From NCBI GenBank assembly GCA_021158725.1, contig JAGGUB010000044.1:3722-67721 (forward strand): 64,000 bases of DNA, in the 5' to 3' direction. How positions within the stretch are numbered: position 1 is the first letter of the stretch; each line of letters opens with the position of its first letter. The notes below the pieces were generated by a model, which searched no databases, had not been told where the DNA came from, and saw only the letters and a program-made list of their open reading frames with translations. Source of the DNA: a candidate division WOR-3 bacterium. Lineage in GTDB: Bacteria; Hydrothermota; UBA3073; NMUJ01. This document shows, piece by piece, positions 36,590 to 45,195 of the stretch. A program made the position numbers and the translations under genes.

Positions 36590-38494
36590 TTAAAATCTTG
36601 CCCTCTCCAAAACTATCTCCTGTTCCGCTAATTGTTGCAGTTTGTCAAATCTATGCTTAATTTCGGGGTATACCTCAACCGGTATGAGTGGATCTTTCAC
36701 ACATGAATAGCTGGTTACAAAGATTGTATCACCAACAACCTCGTATTTTACGTAACCCTCAAGTTGGTCACTATCCAGCCGCATATCATCGGGTAGATGT
36801 TTGACTCTATACCCTTCGGGTAGTTTAATTATCGTGTTACTTTCTGTCTGCATCACTGCATGCATGAACAATGGGTAACGGCGTTCCTCGAGTGCAAATG
36901 GGTTGCCACCAAGTTGTAACCCACTCCTGCTGCCGAGCTTAAACCTATACTCATCACCATATTTTATACCGAATTCACTCATGTGATAGTACAATGTGAA
37001 CCACACATTTTCGTCAAAGTTATCCAGTTCCATCATCGAGAAGCTATCAAGTACCGCGTTTGGACCTAACCCTGCCACCATCTGTTGAAACAGCTGACGC
37101 CTAAACTCAACCGGCATCTTCTTTAACATATTACGGAATATCCAATCGTAAAATCCTTTCGCACTGAAGTGAAGCCTACCTGTCACGAAGCATGATGTAT
37201 CTATCTCCATTTCGAGGGTCACCTTCAACGCATGTTTGTCAGGTTTTGAGTACGGTATCGTACGTAATGGCTCACCATCTTCATCACACACCAGCATCTG
37301 CTTACCTTCTTCATAAGCTAAGAGGTACTCTGTGGTATTCTCCACAGTAGGGTCAAGGAATTCGTATCTGCCATCCCTTTTAATGGCGACTACTGCGTGG
37401 TTGAACTCATCTACTGCAATATCTTGGTCAATGTGCATCGTTGGGTTACACAGCACTATATAGGCATCGACACCTATCTCACGTAACATAGTAACTAACA
37501 ACGCCGCCTTGTCACGACATACTCCATATTTGCGGTTAAACGTAACCGTGGCAGGTGCAGGTTCGTAACCACCCTTCTTACCGGTTAGCTTAGTCTCCAC
37601 ATACCGTATGTTATTACTTACGAACATAAACAGTGCACGTATCTTCGCATCCAAACTCTCTAACGTATCCGTAATTTCATGTATTTTCGCCATTAAGCTG
37701 CTATCCACCACAAAACTTTTACTCGCCAGCTTATAGTACCAGCTGGACCATACCTCAAATGATGGTACCGTGGTGACCAGCAACTTCAACGCTATCTCTG
37801 GTATCGGTGGCATAAGGGGTTCGCTTACAATCTTAGGTATATCCTCCTTACGAAACACATAGGTTACCCTATTCTGCTTTACAAGGCTATCAATTTCAAG
37901 TTTACCGTTTTTAACCTTCCACCTGATCGGCATATCTATTGGTAGGTCGATGATCACCACTTTCTCGTGGATGGGTTCGTCCTCCTCGAATACACAGAGC
38001 ATGTCGAAATTCGAATCCATTGGCGGATTGTATACGTTCTCTTCGACAATATACTCGATAGCATCACCGGTTTCAAGTGCTGGATATATGATTTTCACCA
38101 CATATACGTTGGGTAAGAAGAATTTCGACCCCTCCCATGCTGGCATCGGAAACTCTTTAATGTTTTCTTTCGGTACCTTCACTATACGGCCGTCGGCTTT
38201 TATCACTCTTGCAAGTTTAACCTGTAGCTTGCTATAGGTTTCATAATAATGGAAGACAGGTTCGGCAAACTTACTTTTACCTGTAACGGTGAATATTTTA
38301 ATCAATCTATGCTGATAAGATCGATATTTGCCATCACGTTCAACATGATATTTGATCGTATCGAATACCACAACAGCATTGGCATCACTATACTCTTCGG
38401 TAGTGATCGTCTTCAATAATGGTAAGTAATTTGGCAACCTCGTAGCACACCCCATTATGATAAAACCACCAACTATCAGCATCACCCGATACAT
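36590..38494 (-). CDS. DUF3857-like N-domain + transglutaminase-like cysteine protease core lipoprotein
   Basis: 634 aa, lipobox IIMGC. Core YGVCRDKAALLVTMLREIGVDAYIV ... FNHAVVAI ... FLDPT gives a Cys-His-Asp triad in canonical order. Confidence 0.7.
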   Translation of the reverse strand: MYRVMLIVGGFIIMGCATRLPNYLPLLKTITTEEYSDANAVVVFDTIKYHVERDGKYRSYQHRLIKIFTVTGKSKFAEPVFHYYETYSKLQVKLARVIKADGRIVKVPKENIKEFPMPAWEGSKFFLPNVYVVKIIYPALETGDAIEYIVEENVYNPPMDSNFDMLCVFEEDEPIHEKVVIIDLPIDMPIRWKVKNGKLEIDSLVKQNRVTYVFRKEDIPKIVSEPLMPPIPEIALKLLVTTVPSFEVWSSWYYKLASKSFVVDSSLMAKIHEITDTLESLDAKIRALFMFVSNNIRYVETKLTGKKGGYEPAPATVTFNRKYGVCRDKAALLVTMLREIGVDAYIVLCNPTMHIDQDIAVDEFNHAVVAIKRDGRYEFLDPTVENTTEYLLAYEEGKQMLVCDEDGEPLRTIPYSKPDKHALKVTLEMEIDTSCFVTGRLHFSAKGFYDWIFRNMLKKMPVEFRRQLFQQMVAGLGPNAVLDSFSMMELDNFDENVWFTLYYHMSEFGIKYGDEYRFKLGSRSGLQLGGNPFALEERRYPLFMHAVMQTESNTIIKLPEGYRVKHLPDDMRLDSDQLEGYVKYEVVGDTIFVTSYSCVKDPLIPVEVYPEIKHRFDKLQQLAEQEIVLERARF

Positions 38495-38586
38495 TATACC
38501 TCCTTATAATCCTAAAATATTCGAAATCCATCAAAATCAATACTAACTACACCAATCTTACGAATCACATCCATTACTATAATAGG

Positions 38587-38616
38587 TTGACGTTATTTAT
38601 TTTTGTGCATTTTAAT
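38587..38616 (+). promoter_or_regulatory. Sigma70-type promoter for the prepilin-like gene
   Basis: TTGACG (38587-38592), 18-nt spacer, TTTAAT (38611-38616). The ATG at 38629 is only 12 nt past the -10, so the leader would be very short. The track's TTG start at 38587 is the -35 hexamer itself. Confidence 0.4.
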
Positions 38617-38628
38617 TTCATAGACCAA

Positions 38629-39150
38629 ATGTGGCCACTCCGTAGCAGAGAAGGGTTTACATTAGTGGAGTTGCTTATGGTTGTCCTCGCGTTAGGTATA
38701 TTTGCAGCTGTGCTTATGCCACGTTACTTTGCACTACACAAGCAAGCGTTACGGGCTTCTTTTGATGCCACTGTAAGTAACATCCGTAGCGGTGTAGAAG
38801 CATACCACTATGCATGCCTTGCGGGTAAATTCGATAAGTACGATCCAAACAACGTAATATATTGCCCAACAAACCCTTTGATCTCATATGATCCTTATTA
38901 TGTACACAACGTAGAGAGTGGTAACCCTTTCTATCAGCCGAACCCATGGCCGTCAGTGCTCGATTACAGTCAAGCAGGTGCTGAAGCAACCTACCAGTAT
39001 CCGTTCTTTTGGGTTATACTCGAAAAGCCCGTAACAGATGGTTGGACCAAACGTAGTGATATGCTTGCCGATACAATCTGGTACTACGGACCTCGTAAGA
39101 TTGACAGTTTTGCCTACATACGTGTAACCGGTAAAATTTTCGTACCATGA
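38629..39150 (+). CDS. Prepilin-type N-terminal cleavage/methylation domain protein (pseudopilin/pilin-like)
   Basis: MWPLRSREG|FTLVELLMVVLALGIFAAVLMP is the classic G-F-T-L-x-E class III signal. 173 aa from ATG 38629. Confidence 0.75.
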   Translation: MWPLRSREGFTLVELLMVVLALGIFAAVLMPRYFALHKQALRASFDATVSNIRSGVEAYHYACLAGKFDKYDPNNVIYCPTNPLISYDPYYVHNVESGNPFYQPNPWPSVLDYSQAGAEATYQYPFFWVILEKPVTDGWTKRSDMLADTIWYYGPRKIDSFAYIRVTGKIFVP

Positions 39151-39165
39151 CGAGTTAGTAGCACG

Positions 39166-40419
39166 ATGGAATACGACATACGTGACATTGGGTTAAGCGA
39201 GCGTGGCATAAAACGTATTATGTGGGCAGCCACCCGTATGCCAGTATTGAATACTATTCGCCAGGAGTTAGCCAAATCACATCCACTTAGAGGGGTAAAG
39301 ATAGCTGCCTGTCTACATGTGACAACGGAAACCGCTAACCTCATCCTAACCTTGAAAGAGGGTGGCGCCCAGATACGACTTACCGCATCCAACCCCTTAT
39401 CTACTCAGGACGATGTGGCGGCTGCACTTGTTGCCGAGTACGGTATACCGGTGTTCGCGATTAAAGGTGAAGATCGTGAAACCTATTACAAGCACATAAA
39501 CCAGGCACTTGACATTAAGCCACACATAACCATGGACGATGGTGCCGACCTCATATCCACACTACATAGAGAGCGACAAGATCTTATCTCTAACGTCGTA
39601 GGAGGTACTGAGGAGACGACCACCGGTGTGGTGAGATTGAAACAGATGGCCACCAAAGGTGTACTCGGTTATCCTGTCATTGCGGTTAACGACTCATATA
39701 CTAAATATTTGTTCGACAACCGTTACGGTACGGGGCAGAGCACGATAGATGCCATCATGCGTGCAACAAACATACTATTGGCAGGTAAAACGTTTGTGGT
39801 TGCTGGTTATGGATGGTGTGGTAGAGGTATCGCCTGGCGTGCAAGAGGTATGGGTAGCCATGTGATAGTTACTGAAACCAACCCCATACGTGCACTTGAA
39901 GCTGTGATGGATGGCTTTACGGTTATGCCTATGCGTGATGCAATAAAGGTAGCCGATATCGTTGTAACCGCTACGGGTGATATCAATGTCGTAGATGTTG
40001 AGCATCTCAAATCTGCCAAGGATGGTGTGATACTTGCGAATGCGGGACATTTTGATGTCGAAATCAACATACAGAAGTTGCATGAACTGGCAGATAAAGT
40101 GGAAAACATCAAACCCATGGTTGATTGCTACCATTTGGGTGATAAAAGGATATACCTGTTGGCTGAAGGTAGGTTGGTGAATCTTTCAGCTGCCGAGGGT
40201 CATCCCGCTGAGGTGATGGATATGAGTTTTGCCAACCAAGCGCGTGCAGTCGAATATCTTCTGAAACATGGCGATAAGTTAGAGAAGAAGGTATACAAGC
40301 TGCCGGACGAGATCGACCGCGATATAGCGATACGTAAACTTAAAGTGATGGGGGTTGAAATCGACAAGCTAACCCCCGAACAGCAACAGTACCTCAGTTC
40401 ATGGGAATGGGGTACATGA
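39166..40419 (+). CDS. ahcY: Adenosylhomocysteinase
   Basis: 417 aa. [25 protein letters not shown] fold [28 protein letters not shown]. Confidence 0.95.
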   Translation: MEYDIRDIGLSERGIKRIMWAATRMPVLNTIRQELAKSHPLRGVKIAACLHVTTETANLILTLKEGGAQIRLTASNPLSTQDDVAAALVAEYGIPVFAIKGEDRETYYKHINQALDIKPHITMDDGADLISTLHRERQDLISNVVGGTEETTTGVVRLKQMATKGVLGYPVIAVNDSYTKYLFDNRYGTGQSTIDAIMRATNILLAGKTFVVAGYGWCGRGIAWRARGMGSHVIVTETNPIRALEAVMDGFTVMPMRDAIKVADIVVTATGDINVVDVEHLKSAKDGVILANAGHFDVEINIQKLHELADKVENIKPMVDCYHLGDKRIYLLAEGRLVNLSAAEGHPAEVMDMSFANQARAVEYLLKHGDKLEKKVYKLPDEIDRDIAIRKLKVMGVEIDKLTPEQQQYLSSWEWGT

Positions 40420-41244
40420 TCATTCAGCTCCTGGATAGGCCTCACGAAATAGGGTAAGTGTTGTACCATCATACCCCATGATATTGTGGTCTTCGTCAAA
40501 ATATATCACTAATTTGCCAACCTCTGACAATTCCCCATATGTACGTACTATAATTGTATGTGATAAACTATCTTCGAGCGGCTCATGTAAGCCACGCCCT
40601 TCGTAGCCACCTACAAGTATATCGATACCTCTTACCTGTTCGACCAGCTTCACATCGTTATCAAACCCAAGTGATGACAGTACAATGAGCACATCGACAC
40701 TATCACGTATGTGTGCCACTACACGGCTTACACTCTCTATGGGGTTGTACACTTTAATCTTGGTTGCATACTCCCAAGCTAATGCGGGTGCTAAGTACTG
40801 GGTTACCACACCTATCACACCTATAGTGATACCATCTTTTTTCAAAATCACATATGGTTTGTTGTAACCTTCGATATTCGCTGATATAAATGTAGGGCTA
40901 TCCGGCAAATATGGTACCCATGGTAGGTCATATACTCCAATATTTACAACATCGTAGTTAAGCTCACCGAACATCTTCAACATCATATGTGGTGGTTCAC
41001 CATACCTACCGGGTGCACTGAAGTTACCTGCATCTAAAAGCAACAACGGGTAGCCCTCCCTGTATGCCTTCTGACGTTCTACCGATAGCAGGTATTTCAG
41101 TGACGGTAAGCCACCAAGTTCAGGTGGAAAGTTTGGATTTATCCATGTAGCAGGACGTGGATATGTAACCTCCGCTATATCATTGGTATATAGGATGACA
41201 AGCTTCTCAGTAACAAAAATCAACCCTACTATCACTATTGTCAT
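40420..41244 (-). CDS. Membrane-anchored 5'-nucleotidase/metallophosphatase-fold protein with all metal-ligand motifs degenerate (pseudoenzyme)
   Basis: 274 aa, N-terminal TM MTIVIVGLIFV. Scaffold motifs are retained but the ligands are lost: ILYTNDIAEV (for D-x-H), LLLDAGNF (for G-D), VNIGVYD (for G-N-H-E), VLSSLG (for S-H-x-G), LVGGYEG (for G-G-H-x-H). Confidence 0.65.
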   Translation of the reverse strand: MTIVIVGLIFVTEKLVILYTNDIAEVTYPRPATWINPNFPPELGGLPSLKYLLSVERQKAYREGYPLLLLDAGNFSAPGRYGEPPHMMLKMFGELNYDVVNIGVYDLPWVPYLPDSPTFISANIEGYNKPYVILKKDGITIGVIGVVTQYLAPALAWEYATKIKVYNPIESVSRVVAHIRDSVDVLIVLSSLGFDNDVKLVEQVRGIDILVGGYEGRGLHEPLEDSLSHTIIVRTYGELSEVGKLVIYFDEDHNIMGYDGTTLTLFREAYPGAE

Positions 41245-41798
41245 CTCACTGTAGGAAGCGTTTTGGTCGACACTCTCAGAAGCTGGTCAAAGTACTGTTC
41301 GAACATTGTTGCAACCTCACGTGATACGATCATCACCGTAGCTTCATTATTCCTCTGCAGTGCGTAATACGTCCAGTTATGTGAACCCACAAACACTATC
41401 TTACCATCGATTATGACAACCTTACAATGTGTGGTGACATCGGGCGGATCGAAATACACTTCGGTTATACCGAGTTCATGAAGATGTTTGGCCACCTGCA
41501 CATTTTTACGTGTAACACTGGGGTTCCAATCTGACTGATCGAGTATGAGCTTCACCTCCACACCCTGTCTATTTATATACGCAAGCGCATCATACAGCGA
41601 ATCATTCATCCCACGCGGATATTGTGGGTAATAACCTGCACTAAACATTATCACATGTACAACACTATCTGCATTGTATACCTCCTCGATCAACCGTCTC
41701 ACGTAGTCGCGATTGAATGTAACTTCAACCTCATCTGCAGGTAAGCCAACCGCCACACTCGCTACTATAACAATAAATGCTACAAATATGCGTTTCAT
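41241..41798 (-). CDS. Secreted single-HKD phospholipase-D-superfamily protein (Nuc-like endonuclease candidate)
   Basis: 185 aa, signal MKRIFVAFIVIVASVAVG. HCKVVIIDGKIVFVGSHN is an exact H-x-K-x4-D-x6-G-S-x-N motif. The size and single-motif layout match Nuc-type nucleases rather than two-domain PLDs. Confidence 0.7.
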   Translation of the reverse strand: MKRIFVAFIVIVASVAVGLPADEVEVTFNRDYVRRLIEEVYNADSVVHVIMFSAGYYPQYPRGMNDSLYDALAYINRQGVEVKLILDQSDWNPSVTRKNVQVAKHLHELGITEVYFDPPDVTTHCKVVIIDGKIVFVGSHNWTYYALQRNNEATVMIVSREVATMFEQYFDQLLRVSTKTLPTVR

Positions 41799-42889
41799 GG
41801 TAACTCCTTCTTGATCGTAAAGATAACACTGAACATACTTTCGTCGATTTTGTCAAACCCCTCCACATCCACAAGGTATGCACTGTATTTGCGACACCAG
41901 AAGCTTATCCCAACGTCGATCTCACAAAATGCGCCCCTATAGCCGATACCTGCAGTGTAGATCCCTTTTGATAGACGTTCATCCTTAGCCGCTGATAGCC
42001 ATGCGAAGCCGGCTCGTAACAGAAATGAAGGCATAAGCTCGTGCTCCACACCCATGTGGTATTCCCATTCACGATGTTTGCCTTGATGGGTTAACACCTC
42101 GGCTACAAAATATGCAGGTAAAATATTTGCTGGCCGATATCCGATACCTACTCCATACGTGAATTGAGGATAATCGAACAGTGTATCTTTAAGTGTGGAT
42201 ATCTTCCATATACCGCCGATGGTCCACCTAAAAGAAGGTTTGATACATATACCAAACGTAAAGTTTATACCCTGAAGTTTACCACTTGTCGATGTATCCC
42301 ACGGTTCACTACCTTCATATGAGGGACGCCACATCTTTGCATGTTGCCAATCCCCTTTTAAATAACTACCACCTATCCCCACGTATAAGGTGGGCCATAC
42401 TCGTACACCCAACATTGCTGAATACGATATAACCATACCGGTTGAGGATTCGATCTGCCACCCCCTTATGAGATAGTAGTCATCGTACATCGGGAGCTTA
42501 AACTCATAGTCGAACACATATTTAGGGGATACTTTAAAGTCGAACGACACACCGTGTTTATAGAGATTTATACCTAATGGCATAGGAACGGTATGTAACT
42601 CGTCACGTATCGCACGTGTAGCTTCACCTACATAGTCTTCGAACTCATTGTATACCTTAACCTTACGTTCCTCGGTAATCTGATGAAGTTGTAGGTTGAT
42701 GACAACCGCAGAGATCGAATCATAACACGCGGGGTTGTCTGCATCCGTCACCACTATAGATATGTAGCCTAACCCAACATTCTTGCCATCGAACATAGAT
42801 AATGGATAGCCACCAGTTGCTATCTCATGTAATGTATATCCATACAGAGGGATTACTGCAAAACTGAAGATGTACACAAATTTACTCAT
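41795..42889 (-). CDS. Hypothetical outer-membrane beta-barrel-like protein
   Basis: I moved the start to ATG 42889 (MSKFVYIFSFAVIPLYG) with GGAGG 5 nt upstream, fused to the preceding TAG. Alternating aromatic/Gly beta-strand pattern (YVGIGGSYLKG, FTFGICIKP, YGVGIGYRP, YTAGIGYRG). Confidence 0.55.
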   Translation of the reverse strand: MSKFVYIFSFAVIPLYGYTLHEIATGGYPLSMFDGKNVGLGYISIVVTDADNPACYDSISAVVINLQLHQITEERKVKVYNEFEDYVGEATRAIRDELHTVPMPLGINLYKHGVSFDFKVSPKYVFDYEFKLPMYDDYYLIRGWQIESSTGMVISYSAMLGVRVWPTLYVGIGGSYLKGDWQHAKMWRPSYEGSEPWDTSTSGKLQGINFTFGICIKPSFRWTIGGIWKISTLKDTLFDYPQFTYGVGIGYRPANILPAYFVAEVLTHQGKHREWEYHMGVEHELMPSFLLRAGFAWLSAAKDERLSKGIYTAGIGYRGAFCEIDVGISFWCRKYSAYLVDVEGFDKIDESMFSVIFTIKKELP

Positions 42890-42897
42890 ATAGCCTC

Positions 42898-45195
42898 CTA
42901 CCACCATATTATCAAAAGTAAGTTACCACCAAACTCACGCCTGGTATCGATAAACTCGTAAATTGGTATACCATCCTCTGAATGTGCACCCAACATCCCA
43001 GTATGCGGGAACTCGCTTAATTTATACCTAAATTTTAACCTAAATAATAAGTTATGTGACAGCCTATCTGATAGCACTAAGTAATATTTCCAGCCCCTAC
43101 CCTCAAGAAAGTCTATACCCGTGTCTTCGAATATCCACTGCGATAACCCCTGTGTCTGCCATATCGCATATCCACCCAGTATCGACATATGTGGTGATAA
43201 ATTATACCGATAGGTGAGCGCGAGAAACCCTCCCGTTATTGTGTTGGCTGTCTCATATCTTGGTAACGAAGGAAACGATACCCTCGCATAACGTAATTCA
43301 GCACGTAAGTTGTTGTAGTTGCTTAACCTATATTCGATTGTGAGCGATGTCTCCCATAGATGCGATATTGTAGTGGTAGCCAGCCGTTTGTGTGATTTAG
43401 CCTGCAGCTTTTGCCTCAGATATATACGTAACGGGAAAGCTGGCCGATACTGTAATGTCACCTGTGTACGCCAGTTAGGTAACCCATACGCAAGGTCCTT
43501 CCATACATCTATGTAAAAACGTGATATTATCAACCTATGTGATGGTTGGTATCTGAACTCAAGATATATACCCTCCTCTGCCCTCGGTACAGGATATTCG
43601 GAAATATAGACATAAAGTGGATCTATCAACCGATACGAACGTTGCCATATGCCTTCACCAAACCGCCTACGTTCGGCAAACCCACGTGAGTATGGGTTAT
43701 CATAATCCACATCGTAGTGCCGTAAAACCAAGATCCCATATAGTGTTTCATACTGTAGGTGTAGCTTCATAATGTATGCATGACCGGCATGCTGTTGCTT
43801 TGCGTAGTCAAATTCTAAGCTCATATTGTTCACCACCGTAGAGAGATGTGTACCTACGAAGCTACGATGCTGGCCACGACTTGATAATAGGTAGTTAGGG
43901 TCATCGATCACCTCCTTATCCCAGGGTATATCCAGGTATTTGGGATTCGGGTTGAATGGCCTCGAGTAAAGTAAATCGAGTAGACTAACCCCTACGTATG
44001 TACCTACAGGTAGATTGTATAGACCGCCCATATCTACGGTGAGGTTAACTCCGATCATTCGTTCCTTCACGTTATGACGGAATGCGGGTAGCACCGGGTA
44101 GATATGTATCAGGTGGTTCACCGAACTGTCAGGGTTAAGTATTGCATTCCTTGGTGCATACGACCACAGTATGGTAGGATGTATGCGGTTGAATGTGAGT
44201 TCAGCTGCCACCCCTTGTAGATAGAAATGTTCGTAATACGTGAGGTCACCGAATAACCCCTCCGGACGCGTGTGTAATCTTGCACGTATCTCGTCACTGT
44301 TATCAAGTAATATACCTTGCCCCCATGTTACCCTGTACGTACCGATGTACATTTTACGTAATGGGCCTATCGATCGTAGCTCGATATAACCTTTGTTGAA
44401 TTTCCTAATCCCTAGATATACATGTGGGGTTATACCCATCCGTAACCGCCAGTCCCATCCCCGATATGTACCCTCACGTAGGTAATCTTCCTTCTCACGA
44501 TATAGCCGTGATATGAGGTGCACGATCTCATCTTTGGTCCATCCAGCTGCTATTAGGTCTTCCTCCCTGTATTTAAGATAGGTAGGCCTACCATAAAGGT
44601 CACCCAATATATCGCCCCTTATGTAATAGATAGTACGCCAGCTGATCTTTAGGTAACCTTCTGTCCCATGTAGGGGTTTGTCTTCAAAGGTTACAAAGTT
44701 TCTGAGATTCCTATATCCCCAGTACGATAACCCCGGTATATCGCGGAGTGCACGTTGATACGATATCTTACCATATAGCTGACGATATCTTACAATGCTG
44801 GCAGCATCCACCAAGCTGACACCATCAAACATTGCAATATCCTTAACAGCTGCACGATTTATGTTGAGCGGATGTCCAAGATACCAGAGCCACTCTTCTA
44901 CAGCACCTGCACGTGGCCCTTCCTCACGGGTGAGCCGCTCCTGCAGGTATTCATAATAATCGCTGGTTTCACGTCTATAAGGTGGTGGGGTCAACTTCAC
45001 CAGGTAACGTATCTTGTTTACTGACTCAATAGGTAATATCTTCGTAAGCTCGTAAAAGCTACGAAAGTACCCATGTTTAAGCCTGTATAGGTATATTGCT
45101 TGGATTTCGGGCTCACTCAGAGGTAGTTGCTTAAGCTTATATAAACTATCGGTGTTTAGATCGATAACAATCAGTATGGATAGCAGGATTACCAT
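42898..45195 (-). CDS. Two ComEA-like helix-hairpin-helix domains fused to a ~550-aa beta-barrel-like C-terminal region
   Basis: HhH unit 1 is DLNTDSLYKLKQLPLSEPEIQAIYLYRLKHGYFRSFYELTKILPIESVNKI. Unit 2 is LNINRAAVKDIAMFDGVSLVDAASIVRYRQLYGKISYQRALRDIPGLS. The remainder is amphipathic beta-strand-rich and ends LLLIIWW (aromatic terminus). The start is ATG 45195 (overlaps the upstream stop) or TTG 45213. Confidence 0.6.
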   Translation of the reverse strand: MVILLSILIVIDLNTDSLYKLKQLPLSEPEIQAIYLYRLKHGYFRSFYELTKILPIESVNKIRYLVKLTPPPYRRETSDYYEYLQERLTREEGPRAGAVEEWLWYLGHPLNINRAAVKDIAMFDGVSLVDAASIVRYRQLYGKISYQRALRDIPGLSYWGYRNLRNFVTFEDKPLHGTEGYLKISWRTIYYIRGDILGDLYGRPTYLKYREEDLIAAGWTKDEIVHLISRLYREKEDYLREGTYRGWDWRLRMGITPHVYLGIRKFNKGYIELRSIGPLRKMYIGTYRVTWGQGILLDNSDEIRARLHTRPEGLFGDLTYYEHFYLQGVAAELTFNRIHPTILWSYAPRNAILNPDSSVNHLIHIYPVLPAFRHNVKERMIGVNLTVDMGGLYNLPVGTYVGVSLLDLLYSRPFNPNPKYLDIPWDKEVIDDPNYLLSSRGQHRSFVGTHLSTVVNNMSLEFDYAKQQHAGHAYIMKLHLQYETLYGILVLRHYDVDYDNPYSRGFAERRRFGEGIWQRSYRLIDPLYVYISEYPVPRAEEGIYLEFRYQPSHRLIISRFYIDVWKDLAYGLPNWRTQVTLQYRPAFPLRIYLRQKLQAKSHKRLATTTISHLWETSLTIEYRLSNYNNLRAELRYARVSFPSLPRYETANTITGGFLALTYRYNLSPHMSILGGYAIWQTQGLSQWIFEDTGIDFLEGRGWKYYLVLSDRLSHNLLFRLKFRYKLSEFPHTGMLGAHSEDGIPIYEFIDTRREFGGNLLLIIWW

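Noticed and set aside
38587-38628. Track start (TTG 38587) that adds MTLFIFVHFNFIDQ to the prepilin-like protein
   Set aside because: The TTG is part of a TTGACG -35 hexamer with a matching -10 18 nt downstream. A class III signal peptide needs a short basic leader, which ATG 38629 provides.
39151-39165. Riboswitch candidates upstream of ahcY, purC, purD or coaX
   Set aside because: The upstream spacers are 0-15 nt, or the genes overlap their neighbours, which leaves no room for an aptamer.
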